From NCBI GenBank assembly GCA_033442325.1, contig JAWQFM010000010.1, forward strand, positions 941,727-1,005,726: a stretch of DNA of 64,000 nt. Direction: 5' to 3'. The position numbers and the translations under genes were made by a program. Positions 1 to 26,177 of this stretch are shown piece by piece; within the stretch, counting starts at the first letter, position 1, and the number at the start of each line of letters is the position of its first letter. The DNA comes from Salpingoeca rosetta (lineage: Eukaryota > Protista > Choanoflagellata). The notes below the pieces were generated by a model. The model was given only the letters and a program-made list of their open reading frames with translations. It was not told the DNA's origin and searched no databases.

Positions 1-107
1 ACACCCACTCTCACACGCACTCTCTCACACGCTCTCACAAGCTCTCACACGCTGTCGCATTGTCTCTTTCTCTCATGTCTCTGTATGTCAACGTGTGGCT
101 GTGCAGG

Positions 108-775
108 ACTCAGTGGCAGACTGTACGTTCGCCACAGCAGGAGCAGCATGAACCCACACCCGAGGATGCCGCTTTCATGAAGGCCATGGATGCACGGGAC
201 TTTCTCTCGGCCCACCTCAAGAAGCTGGTGCGTCGTTGTGCTGTAGTGTGCAGTGTGAGGGTGGGTGGGTGTGAGTGTGGGTGTGTGGGTGGGTGCGTGT
301 GAGTGTGAGTGTGGGTGTGGGTGCGTGTGAGTGTGGGTGCGTGGGTGCAAACCATTATCCAATGCTTTGCACATTCATTCATTGCTGCTCACGCCCACGT
401 GGTGGGTGTGGTTCTCTTGAGCAGGAGGGCATTTTGGAGAAGATGCGTGCGATTGCCAGCAACCTGCAGCGGGAGATGGATCGACAGCAGACCACGCCAT
501 CGTCAACCCCGCTGCGGCGCGCCAACAAGCCATCATCAACATCGAGGCTGCCGCCATGCGACCTGGCGTCGCACATGTCGGCGCTCGTGGCCCTCCACGA
601 CAAAGAGCTGCAGTTGAAGCACACCTTGCTGGCAGACATGGGCACCGCGCCCGCTCGCACACACCAGCTGGTGTGTCTCTCCGCGTGGCTGGAGCAGCCT
701 TTCCTCGCCATTGACGGCCAACACCACCTTGAGGCCATCAGCCAGTGGTTCGCTATCGTCTCTGACAGATCCTGA
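108..775 (+). CDS. CINP: CINP-like (CDK2-interacting protein) gene, 3' exons only; start is upstream of the window
   Basis: Exons ~108-226 and ~425-775. The last exon encodes LHDKELQLKHTLLADMG...LVCLSAWLEQPFLAIDGQHHLEAI, resembling the CINP C-terminus (YRKELLLKRTVAKELAH...LSYLSMWLHQPYVE..HLE). Stop TGA at 773-775. Confidence 0.65.
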
Positions 776-1095
776 GCGGCCCGGGCCCTGGTCGCGCACG
801 TGCACACGCGAGTGCACGCACCCGTCCATTAATTTTTATGTGATGAAAATGATGCGGCTGGTCGCTGATTTGTGGTGGTGGTTGTGGTGGTTGCGGTGGT
901 GGTGATGACATGGGGCATGGCGAAGGTGAGACATGGTGCTGTGCTGGGTTGGACACCAAGGATGAGGGTGGCTCGTGCAGTGGCGGACGGGTTTTACTGC
1001 GGCGATGCCAACTTGGGCGTGACACGTAACAGACTGCAGCGACAACAGCAAAAACAAGGGGCCGGCGCTGATGGGGCGAAGGAAGGGCTCAGCGA

Positions 1096-2857
1096 TCACT
1101 GCTTCTTCGCCTTTGCTGCCATGCGCGCCAACGCCTGTCACACGTGCAAATGCAGGCATGGACGTGAGACTCCGACCAACAGCAGCAGCTGCTACTGCAG
1201 CTGCAGAATGTACACCACTCGTGCGCAGTGATGTCTTCCACCACAACAGCAACCCACAACAGCAACCACAACAGCAACCACAACAGCAACCCACAACGAT
1301 GCATCACCACCACGACGGTATCACTTGCTGCATCACCCATCACCACGCACCTGCTTGCGGACTTTCTTCATGGTGCTGATGCTCATCTCGCCGGCGAGCG
1401 GCGGGTAGATGGTGGCAGCAAGGCTCTGCAGTTTGTGCGAGAGCGTGCCCGTTGTGCGCGACTCGTACCCGAGACTGCGCAGGCACGCATTGACCGCTGC
1501 TGGCGCCGTGGCAATGAACAGGTTGGCCTTGGCTCGCACCTGTTTGGTGTGTGTGTGTGTGTGTGCGCGTGTGTGCGTGTATGTGTGCGTGCGTGCCAGT
1601 TAGTGTGTTTGATCTGTGAGGTGACTGCCGTGTTGTCGACTGCCGTCAACCACGGCGCACTAAAACTAGGACCCAAGATAAGCCGTGGTGCTATCGGACA
1701 ATAAACAACAGAAACGTCTTGCAATGACTGCTATTGGGGAGAGAAGGGGGTGATAATGGAGGCAAGGACAACGAGTGCACTGTTGCCGCTGCTGCTGCTG
1801 CTGCTCACCATGTTGGTCTGGATGAAGAGCGGTGTGAAGGAGAGGACATCGATCTTGTTCTCCTTCAGCTCAACGCCAATCGTGTGGCTGACCAGGTTGT
1901 TGTACGCCTGCAAAGCAAAGGAAGCAGGGAGCGCGTGAGTGAGTGTGAGTGTGCGCGTGTGAGTGAGTGAGTGTGTGTGTGTGTGCGTGCGTGCGCGCAT
2001 GCTCCTGTGTTCACGACTGAACAGCCAGATCGCCACCAAAAACAACCATCTCTTCCCTCTATTCATCGACATGCAAGCATCATGCGAGCACCTTGCTGCC
2101 AGCGTAGACGGCGTTGTAAGGGAGGCCGTGCAGGGCTGATGCCGACGACACGTTGACAATCCCACCGCGGTGGTCCCGCGCAACAAGGTGCGGTGTCACA
2201 CCTCTGAAAGTTACGATGGTGGTTGTCATGGGAACATGCTGTCCAGTGAGTCGTGGGTGTATCCACAAAATGAACACACACACACACACACATACACATG
2301 CACACACACACAGGCGTACACACAGAGCCAGTGCTTGCTGGCGACCTGAGGACGGCGGTGAAGGCGACAACGTTGACCTGCATGGTGTCGATGGCTTGTT
2401 GTGTCTCACTGTCGTTCAGCTCGTGCAGCCGCGTCGGCAGAGTACCCATGCCTGGAGAGACGCACAAGCGCAGCATCGTGGTGAAACGGGCAGCGCGATG
2501 TCACTGTTGTCGCGCAACACACACTTACGCGCGAGCGCCCGCGTGAGCAAACACCACACCACAGTGCATATTATGACACCGCACACCACACCACACCACA
2601 GCACATCACACCTGCATTGTTGATGAGCAGTGCAATGTCGCGGTTCTTGCAGGCGTCATCGACGGTCTTGCGGATGGCGTGGAAGTCGGACTTGGCAAAG
2701 TCAATGCTTACCACGTGTGTCTCCGCGGAGGGGCTCGCCTTCTGCACTCGCGCGGAGGAACGGCCCACACGTAGGGCATTTGCAATCGTGAGATGGGGTG
2801 ACCCTTCAGTCAAAATTACAACACCACTTACACGCACTCACACACACGCACACACTT

Positions 2858-2929
<72 letters not shown>

Positions 2930-3416
2930 GCACTTCCACACACACACACACACACACACTTCCACACACACACACACACACATACGCACTTCCACACACA
3001 CACCTTGATCTCTTGGGCGCAGGCGTCCAGCTTGGACTGGGTGCGAGACACGAGGACGATGTTGAAGCCGCGCTTGGCCAGCTCCAGAGCAAACGCCTAG
3101 TCATCAAACGCGGCCGAGGTACGATCGCGGGTATGATCAGCACAAACTCAGAAGAGGCTGGGTGGAGGTGCGATGGTTGCAGTGTAGCAAACGTTGACGT
3201 TCGTGGACGTTCGTGGACGTGTGTGGGCGTGTGTTTGCGTGTGTGTCAGTCACCTTGCCGATGCCATCGGACGCGCCAGTGATCAGGGCCCATGGGCGAA
3301 CGCTGCCCTTCTGCTCAAATGTGCAACCAAAACGAGACAACAAGTGTAAGATACAGTCATGGCTGCCTGGGAGCCACAATATTCTTTCATGCCCGCAGCT
3401 CGATGGCATGAAAAAG

Positions 3417-3476
<60 letters not shown>

Positions 3477-3825
3477 GCACACACACACACACATCAACAC
3501 ACACACACACACATCAACACACACACACACTTGGTATCTGCGGAGGAGATCATGGCTTGGGCGAAGCACGTGCACCCACAGCGTCCAGGTGGCCTAAACC
3601 TCCCACACACACACACACACACGCCAACAGCGCAAGCAAGGCAGAGGAGATGATGCAGCCACCATGTCACATCAGTGTGCTTGCTTGCTCGCTGGTTGAT
3701 GGAGGTCGCCTCTCACATCACTTCGCAGTGGCATGACATGAACACCAAAGCCCAACAACAACAAACAACTCCACATCTCATCGCACCGCAAGGCCGCCGA
3801 CGATTAGCAATGCTGTTGCCAACAT
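1096..3825 (-). CDS. Short-chain dehydrogenase/reductase, very-long-chain 3-oxoacyl-CoA reductase (HSD17B12/KAR-like), multi-exon
   Basis: Spliced exons give a hydrophobic N-terminus MLATALLIVGGLA, WALITGASDGIGK (TGxxxGxG), ELAKRGFNIVLVSRTQSKL, LLINNAG, IVNVSS and catalytic YAGSK. The C-terminus ...AAKAKKQ* resembles a dilysine ER-retrieval signal. Confidence 0.85.
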
Positions 3826-3942
3826 TCTGCGATATTTGATTTTCCAGCCAACACAAGAAGACCGTTGTTGTTGCTGTTGCTGGGAAGAACGACAAACGAC
3901 AGCTGCTTTGAGTGTGGAGTGAGACTGTGACTGACGTGCGAG
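3815..3942. promoter_or_regulatory. Very short bidirectional promoter region between the SDR and IFT144, with a candidate RFX (X-box-like) site
   Basis: Divergent ATGs at 3825 (-) and 3943 (+). GTTGCCA at 3815-3821 and a degenerate GTTGCTGGGAAGAAC at 3876-3890. Confidence 0.4.
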
Positions 3943-17132
<13,190 letters not shown>

Positions 17133-17512
17133 GCCGCCAGTGCCGCCACTCGCTGTTCGTGCCATGTTCCTTTTTGTTGCTGGTGTTTCCCTGCTCTTGT
17201 TGGTTTGATTTGCTTTTCGCCTGTCGTTCTCTCTTCTTTTTTGTCTCTCGGTGTGCATGTATGCTCAATACAGCACCGCCAACGCAGCTGCACGTCCACA
17301 AATGGAGAAAGAGGGCGGGATAATACACACTACACGCGCGCGCGCACCAAACACACACACACACCAAACACACACACACACACCAAACACACGCCTGCGC
17401 ACTCTCAATTCAAAGAGACAAGCATGTTCCACGCTCATGTCTGCAGTTCAATCACTCCAATCCAACATTGCTTGCGTTTCAGTCACTCCAATCCAACATT
17501 GCTATGTATTGT

Positions 17513-18631
17513 CTATTCGTCTGTTGCTGGGGGTTCGACATAATCAAGGCACTTATCAGCGCCATCACGGTAACGGTCGCTGTCGCCGCTCTTGGCAGCT
17601 TCAACCCATTCACTGCAGTATCGCATGATGGCAGCGTGTTCTCGTGCCAGCGTGTCCGGCACGACAAGTCCGTAGGTGCGCACGAGCGTGTGGAAGCGGT
17701 CCAGCACGACTGTGTACAGCAGCCAGTCGTACGGCTCGTCGCGAACGGAGAAGTCGCGCCATGCACTCTTTGGCAGGATGTTGTAGCCCTCCTTCTCGTA
17801 CTTGGCTGCAGCAGGGTGAAGGGCAGCGTGATTGGATTGACATGCGCAGATGGGGAACGAGCAAGCATTCACATTGGGGTTGTTTGTTGTCCAAGGGTTG
17901 CGGTCGTAAACACAAACATTCGATTACCCATGCATGGATTAAGAGCAAGCGTTAGGGGATGAAAAACAAAACAGAATTATAGGGCATAAATGTCAACAAC
18001 AAAAGCACGCATCACATCACGTCAGCAACACAAAGGTGCCGTCGCTGCCTGACACGCGAATGTACGCCGCCGCCACCCTGATTCCCACACGCGTACAACC
18101 CCTGGTCCTTTGCATATCCATGAGCAACGTACCCAAGAAATCCTCGCCTGGCCGCATGTTGCGGAGTTCGTCCGGATGGACTTTTCCGCCGTAAATGCGG
18201 TGGAACAGACACACAGACAACGAGTAGTAGTCGGTCAGCCCTCCAAAGGCAAACGTCGTCAGGAACCTCTCAACGGCAGCTGTCACAAACCCTGAACACA
18301 CACGCACGCACACATGCCATGCGGTGCAGTGTATAAAGCCAGGGGATGTGCATACACCAGTCGGCATGCAATCAGTGGTGAGCGGTTTCGGGCAAAGGTG
18401 CGCTGGTTGCCTTGATGTGATGATGGGGCAACTGTGAAATGAAAGGTGTCTGATACGGGACAGGTGCATGACCTGACACGTTGCATGGAGTATGAAAGAT
18501 TGCGTACCAAACCCAATGTCCACGTTTTGCTCTCCGCACTTGATGCCATTCAGGTGCTTCACTTGACAGTGCGCAATCCCTGCCTCGTACATGTGTGTGC
18601 GTATGTGTGTGAGTGATGTGAAGCGCGTGAA

Positions 18632-18680
<49 letters not shown>

Positions 18681-19987
18681 GTGTGCTTGCTTGCTGAATC
18701 AACGGGAGAAAGACGACGGACTGACCATTAAAAGCCACAAACTCTTCCAGCGTGTGTGTGTTCTTCAGCTTGGCCTGCTGGGTCTTGACCATCCCGTACC
18801 TAGGGCCAAAACGCAGGTGCGTGGGGATGTTAGTCTGGATCTGTTCTGCGTTTGTGTACGCGGCGCAGATCCAACATCCCCAGGGACGCGGGAACGCACA
18901 AAAATGCACACGTGCATGAAACACACACACACACACACACATTCACACATTCACACATACACACGCACACAACGCGCGCGCGCACATTCACACTCACAAC
19001 GCGCGCACACACACATTCACACATACACACATTCACACATACACACATACACACGCACACAACGCGCACATACACAACGCACACACGCACACCAAACCGT
19101 ACGCGTGGCGGTGGTAATTGAATGCGGAGAGAAGGCGGCGGCGAGGATCACGGAATGTGCCGATGTACGAGCCGTGCATGCGTGCACTAAAATCGAGTGG
19201 ATTGTGGCCAGGTACAACGCCTACAACGCGGGCGGTGCACTGTTTCTCGCGCACCTCGCCCTCATCTTGTGTTGCGGGATTAGACAGCAAGATATGGGGC
19301 TTGATGTGAGAAGAGGTGATAAGGACAAGAAGGGAGGGGAGAGAAGAGCTGGGAAGGAAGAGGTGTTCATGGCACAAGTGCGTGCTCGTGCACACCCCAG
19401 CACATTCTGTGGCTGAACATGTGCAAGCAATATGATGACATGAGCACACATAGGCAGAGATGCGCAAATAGAGATGCACTTCCATGGATACATGCATAAC
19501 AATCAGCAACAATTGCAGCCACAACACGGCATGCGTGTCGCCCACCTCGCATGAGACCGGAGTGGGGCGCCCAGGTTGTGAAACGCGAGCACTTGCGCTT
19601 GTTGCACGTCTGTCACGCACGCCACCACATCGTACAAAGCGCTGCATATGAATAGGATGGTCGTCCATGGAACAGCACACGGTACGGCAATGCATGGATG
19701 CAAGCGCAAACAAACCGCAGCAGACGACAGGGTTTGCGTGGGCGTGATACCTGGAAGCAGGCCGCACAGGTGTGTGGTTTGTATGCCCTGAAGGTTTCGT
19801 TTTGGTTCAGTGGCCCATCGCGCTGTGGACTGCACAAGGTAGTTAGTTTGGTTCAGCAGGATGCCAGGTGGAAATGAGAGGAGCAAGGAAACCCGTTGCG
19901 GGGAAAGGAGGGTTGTGCGCTTTGTTCGGCGAAGCAAAGTCTTGGTGGGTGGGTGCGTGGGGTGTTCGATGTTGGCTTTGTGTGTGT

Positions 19988-20064
<77 letters not shown>

Positions 20065-21280
20065 GGCTGGTTGGTTGGTGGTGCGGGTGGCGTGGTGGTT
20101 GCGAAGAAGAGCAGGTGTCATCCACGTACTCATAGACGACGGCGGACGTAAAGTCCCTGCACGCGTAGTTGTAGATGAGGCTGGTCACGGAGCTTGCACA
20201 CCTAACAAACAAGTCCAAGGAGACACGGGCGGGATGGCATTGAGCTGTGCACGGTATGCATCGAGACATGTGCCTGACACAACGCGCATAACACACGTGA
20301 CACGCACACACACACACACGTGACACACACACACACGTGACACACCGCGCACAACGCACAACGCACAACGCACAACGCAACACAACCGTGCGTAGCGGCC
20401 TCACTTTGGGATGTGTACCCAGTTGACGCGGTCAAGCGCCTTGGGCGCCGGTGGCATTACATCTGGATCCACTTCACAGCTGTAGCATTGAACCCCCGCC
20501 AGCCGTACGCGCATGCACAATCAGTTCGTGAGGAGATGAGAGTTCAGGCATGGGTTGCTGCTGCTGCTGCAAAGTTTGGCAGTGCACCCATACCATGAGA
20601 ATCCCACGGATCACAGATATTCAGCACTCACTGTTCATTAAAGACGCTGTCCGGGTGATCGTAGAACAGGACCTTGCCCGTGTTTGGGTCGGTAATGGGC
20701 TGGGAGACAACCAAAACCACACACACACACATGGCGTGAATCGGTGGCAGTTGGTAACATGAAGGGTGCAGCTGCGTCGCGGTAGGTGAGGCAACACGCG
20801 CTGCGTCGCCGATTGCAGGTGGATGAACAAGCAATACCCATTCATTGACAGCACCCACGTTGGCCATCGCCATTGCCACACCTTTCCGCCGCCGTTGATG
20901 ATGGCCTCTGATGCCCTCTCCAAGAAGTAGCAGGAGCATGTGGGGCAATCGATCGGAAACCTGCACAGTCAAAAGCACAATGGGATGGCGTGTGAGTGTT
21001 GGCTGATGGCTGATGGCTGATGGCTGATGGCTGATGGCTGGTGGATCCTCAAGCACAACACACCAACACAAAATCACTGGGTGCATGTCGTGCAATCGCT
21101 CACGCAAGTTGTCTGAAACGCCAGCAGTGCCACAGAACCGGCAGGCTAGCATGTGTCGCACTCGTACCCTTTATTGGAGGCTGACATGGCTGGCAAGTTG
21201 TCGTCCGACCCGGAGACGCAGCTTTCCCCAGCGCAGTGCGCCTTCGGGTCACTTTGTTTGTGTGTTTGTTTGTTTGTTTG

Positions 21281-21316
<36 letters not shown>

Positions 21317-21642
21317 TGTGTGTGAGTGTGAAAGAGTGTGTGAAAGGGTGTGGGAGGTTGTGCGAGTGAGTGGAAGGGCGTGTGAGTGTGTGAAAGGGTG
21401 TGGGGAGGTGTGTGAGTGAGTGGAAGGGCGTGAATTTGTTTGATGTGTGTTGGCTAACATCGATGAGCATCCTCGCAGGCACTTGCTTACCATGCACACA
21501 TTGGCTTGTCGTGTGCTGCGCTGTATACAAAGACGCTGTTCTCCGGGCACGGCTTGGCTGTGACAGGGATGGTCCTGCAACAACCAAGCAGCACCAGCAG
21601 CACCACCCCCAGCGCTGCAGCTGCTGTCGCACGATGTCGCAT
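17513..21642 (-). CDS. Secretory-pathway sulfotransferase (Golgi-type PAPS-binding motifs) with signal peptide/anchor and Cys-rich N-terminal region
   Basis: Start MRHRATAAAALGVVLLVLLGCC. A 5'-PSB-like motif WVHIPK|CASS is assembled across an intron (~20405/20203) and a 3'-PB-like motif GTFRDPRRRLLSAFNY lies at ~19115-19160. Downstream FAFGGLTDYYSLSVCLF and EPYDWLLY fit the family pattern. GT-AG phases checked for the N-terminal exons. Confidence 0.75.
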
Positions 21643-22426
21643 TCTCCTTCCGTGTTGTGTGGGCAAACAACGGACGCAGTGGTGTGACTGGATTCAGTCG
21701 CTGCCTGACTGTGCGACCCCCAGGAGGACCCAGGCGCCTTTTGTTTACATTAGTGGACAGTCCTGAGCTACGAGCTGCGAGCTCTGCCTCTCTGCTGTCG
21801 TCCTCGTTAAGTCGTTAGCTCCTTAGCTCATTCTAGCGTTCTCTCCTTCGTGTCTCCAGTTCCAGTCTGGCTAGATAGAGCTCTGTGTCTCTCCTTCTTT
21901 CTGTCTCTCATCTCTGGCTAAGTCAGCCCCCCCCCCCCAGCGCCCACTTCAACTCTTTCTGTACTTCTCCTCCCTCATTCCTCTTGCTTGTCTGTTTGTT
22001 CTGGAAGGAGGCATTTCGTGCGTTTCCTTGGTGTGTATCGTTCTTGGTCTTGTTTTCAGGCGTCGCAAGCAAGTGTACCACTTCACAGATAGACTCATAA
22101 GATTTGTCCGTGCAACAGTGCAAAGGCCTGCCTTCTTTCCACTTCTTTCCAATGTGCGTTGTGCTCACGCTCGGCCGCTCGTGAAGTTTCCATGGAAGAA
22201 TATTCTCGATGCGGGTGCAGGTGTACTACGCGCATCGCATTACTGCACCACGTCAACAACGAATATGTCGACAGCCACATCAAAACATAAAGACACAAGG
22301 ATTCTAGAATGGTATTGCCATGTAACGGAACCAAGTTTGCTTAATCGAACCCACCAACCAACCCTGCGCCACTCCACTGGCCGCCGGGGTTGTTGTCACT
22401 GCTGCCATTGTCGGCATCATCGTGGG

Positions 22427-22698
22427 CTACTGATGACAGTCGTCGTGGTCATCGTCGGACGGGGCAAGCTTCCGTGGCTGTACCTCGGTACGGCCCTGCG
22501 CCCCCCGCTTGGCCTCTGCCCTACGCTTGCTCTAATGCACCGTGCACAAGGGGAGGGGAGGGGGAGAAGAAGTGGACGCACCAAGCGCGGCCGTGCGATG
22601 AGGACGACAATGCACGAAGCATCAATGCAATGGGTTCAAGGTCGAGGTCAAGGTCAAAAGCTCACCACTTGCCAAAGGCACGCACACAGTAGCATGTA

Positions 22699-22786
<88 letters not shown>

Positions 22787-23499
22787 TGGGCGACGGAAGA
22801 GGCGTGAAGCTGCCGTCGGTGGTGCGTCCGAGCGGAAGGAGACACCCATTTGTCTGGCACCACCGGGAAAACGCATTGGCCAGCACAACCTTCACATGCG
22901 CATCACTTCCAGTCCAAAGACCATAATAAGCAAGCAAACGAACAGGCCAGCCAGCAAAAGGATCAAGCAAGCCAGCGAGGTGTGAGCGAGCATCGACGGT
23001 TGTTGACAAGCGACACAGCGTCCCAGCAGCACACGCAATATGAGCCGACAGCTCAGGGCTGGGCTTACTCGGACTTGGAGTATAAACGGATGTACTGGTC
23101 CTTCATTCGAGCTGGAAGCAGCTGCCCAATCTGTGTGATGTGGCAACAACATCGCAATTGGCCACGACGTGCATAAGATGTGTAGAGATGACGAGGTTCA
23201 CAAGTTCACTTACCTGCGTACACACACACACATGCATACACACACACGCACACACAGAGCATGGTCACCAAACACACGCGTCCACACTGCACACCTCTGG
23301 CTGGCGCAGCTTGAGGGGCCTGTTTGGCACGTGCTTGCTCCAAAAGTACACGTGTTCCAGCACACCACCGTCCTGAACATCACGAAGAGTGGCCCAGTAT
23401 TGGTGAGGGCGACGTTGAATGCGGAGGGCTGAAACACACCACCAGTGTTGGGCTTGCACAGACCAACAAGCACGCTCGCAGACACACACACACACACAG

Positions 23500-23531
<32 letters not shown>

Positions 23532-23587
23532 CAGAACTCCTCAGCCACCCTCCGCTTTGTTTCACACACACATGAGCATGCACGCAG

Positions 23588-23642
<55 letters not shown>

Positions 23643-24100
23643 GCTTGACTGAAGGCGAGGGTGACAACGTGAATGACAATGTCATCTGGGGCCAGCTTCA
23701 CCTGTAACATTGTTCGTTGCACAAGAGTCAAGGATGGCCGTGACGAGACAGAAACAGGCACGGCACATGTCCGCACAAGCCAAAGCACACAGGTAAACAA
23801 ACAAACAAACCAATCACCAACAGAAAGGCAAGAGCGAGTACACGCACCAACACCCACACACACATACACACACATACACACATACGCGCGCATGCAAGCA
23901 CATGGGACCCCACCAATACCTGGGCCTCTGTTGGGTCGATGCAAGCAATGATGCCTTCGGCGATTCGATGGCAGTCCGCCTGGACAGGCAGCGCATGCAC
24001 AGCAGCAGCCACGAGTGAGCAACGGGCGCTTGCAGGACAACCAAACCTCACGTTTTTGACGAACCCACGAAAACACACCCACGAAAACACACCCACGAAA

Positions 24101-24141
<41 letters not shown>

Positions 24142-26117
24142 CACACACACACGAACCCACAAACACACACACACACGAACCCACAAACACACACACACAC
24201 ATCCCACACCAATGAGAACCACATATCACATCTACCCCCTCCTCCATGCTCCTGCTTCAGAACACATGCACCGGCTTGAAGAAGGCGCCCTCCTGCGGTT
24301 GTGTCTGGTCAATGAACTTGTACAGCTTGCGCGAGTATATGCGCTGCAACAGCTCCTGGGCCTGGGACGCGCGCGTGCAAACATGCGTCCAAGACACACA
24401 AACACACACAACATATTACGCACTAGCTCAACCCATGTGCATACACACACAGCTTGCACACACAATTTGCGCACAAACACACTTTGCACATACACACAAA
24501 CACTTTTTGCACATACACACACACAACTTGCAGACAAACAAACTTTACACACACACACACACATGTGCGCGTTGCACCTTGCGCAATTCCGGCTTTTCGC
24601 TGAACTCGATGAGCACGAGAATGTCGTCCGTGAGGTGCGTGTACGCCTCCTGATCATGACAGCACAACCGATTTGAGTTGCGTGGTGTGAGGTCACATCA
24701 TGTCACGCTACTAGCCCATTCTCTCAAACTGCTTGGCTGCGGTGAAGTAAGTCACCCCATCGCCACCCACTCATGCACGCACTCATGCACGCACACACAC
24801 ACGCACACACACACACACACACGCACACACAAAACTACGCCTCAACAATGACAGCGCTGCAACTGCGCACCATATCGTGGATGGCGTCGGAGATGCGGAC
24901 ACGACGTCCGCCAGTGCCCGGCAGACGAATGTGATCGTTCGCCTGCAGAAGCGCCTCCACAATCATGTGCTCGATGATGTTGCACGTCTTGTGCTGGTAC
25001 GCACGCCGGTGAAGGCTGCTCGCAGCAGCAGCAGCGTGCGTGTGAAATGTGTGAGAGAGAGTGCGTGAAGTGTGTGAAGTGCGTGAAGTGTGTGTGTGTG
25101 AGTGTGTGCGAGTGTGTGTCATGGGTGTGGACATGAGTGAGTGGATGACGTGTGTGTGCGTGTGTGTTTGTATGTCCGCATGTCCGCGTGTACATGTAAA
25201 TCAAAGCACGCCACATCGAGACGGCGTGGAGTAAACACGAGACAACCCATCCGCCGGCTTGCCTGCACACCTGTTGCGCGTGTGGAAAATGTCGTAGATG
25301 GTTGACTTTTCCTTGTCGCGGAAACACAGGGCGGGAACGCCTGTGATGCGTGGTCAGGGCAAGACAATCGGTGTGGGTAATGGCAGAGTTCGCGTGCCTT
25401 GGCACGTCCCAACAACGACAAAACAAAGAACAATGGAGACACATATACATGCATACACAAACCACGTGTGCAAACAACATACTCACGTACACTTGTGCAT
25501 CCACACACCTACATACACACACACCCACATATATCCACACACATATCCACACCCCCCACACACACCCACACCCACACACCCACACCCACACACCCACCCA
25601 CACACACACCCACACACACACACCCACACACACACACCCACACACACACACTCACACACACACACTCACACACATGTAAACAATAAGCGCCTGCAAACAG
25701 CACGGTCACGAGGACGACTCACCCTGAACGTCAATGACGCGAACGAAGCGGATGAGACGGCGATAGTCGAAGCTGACATGCAGGCCAAGCTGGTGCTCAT
25801 CGCGACAGAAGTAGTCAAACTTGTCGCAATCAATTGAGTTTCGCTTGTTGCCGACAATCTCGTAGAGGAAGCACTTCTCCAAGGGGCGGCCGCGGTACCC
25901 CTCGTATCGCATGTGCTCGCCAGGCTGATCACCGTCGCCATCACCATCGCTGCTGGTGCGGCTCGTGTCAGTGGTGGTGGTGTTGTTGCCGAAGGATACG
26001 GCCACGGGCGGGGTGTCTGTGGTGGACGACTGTGACACGACGCTCAACTCGCCGTCCAGCACTGGTGCTGCAACGCGCGCATGAAGCGTGTGTGTATGCG
26101 TGTGTGTGTATGTGTGT

Positions 26118-26177
<60 letters not shown>

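Noticed and set aside
17450-17503. Short direct duplication TCACTCCAATCCAACATTGCT x2 (similar 24-bp duplication at 28661-28710)
   Set aside because: Simple slippage duplications in UTR or intron, with no sign of function or an element boundary.
20470-20515. Apparent EGF-like motif (CAYGWRG...QC) in the sulfotransferase
   Set aside because: It needs a frameshift. The phase-consistent acceptor at ~20480 places it in the intron.
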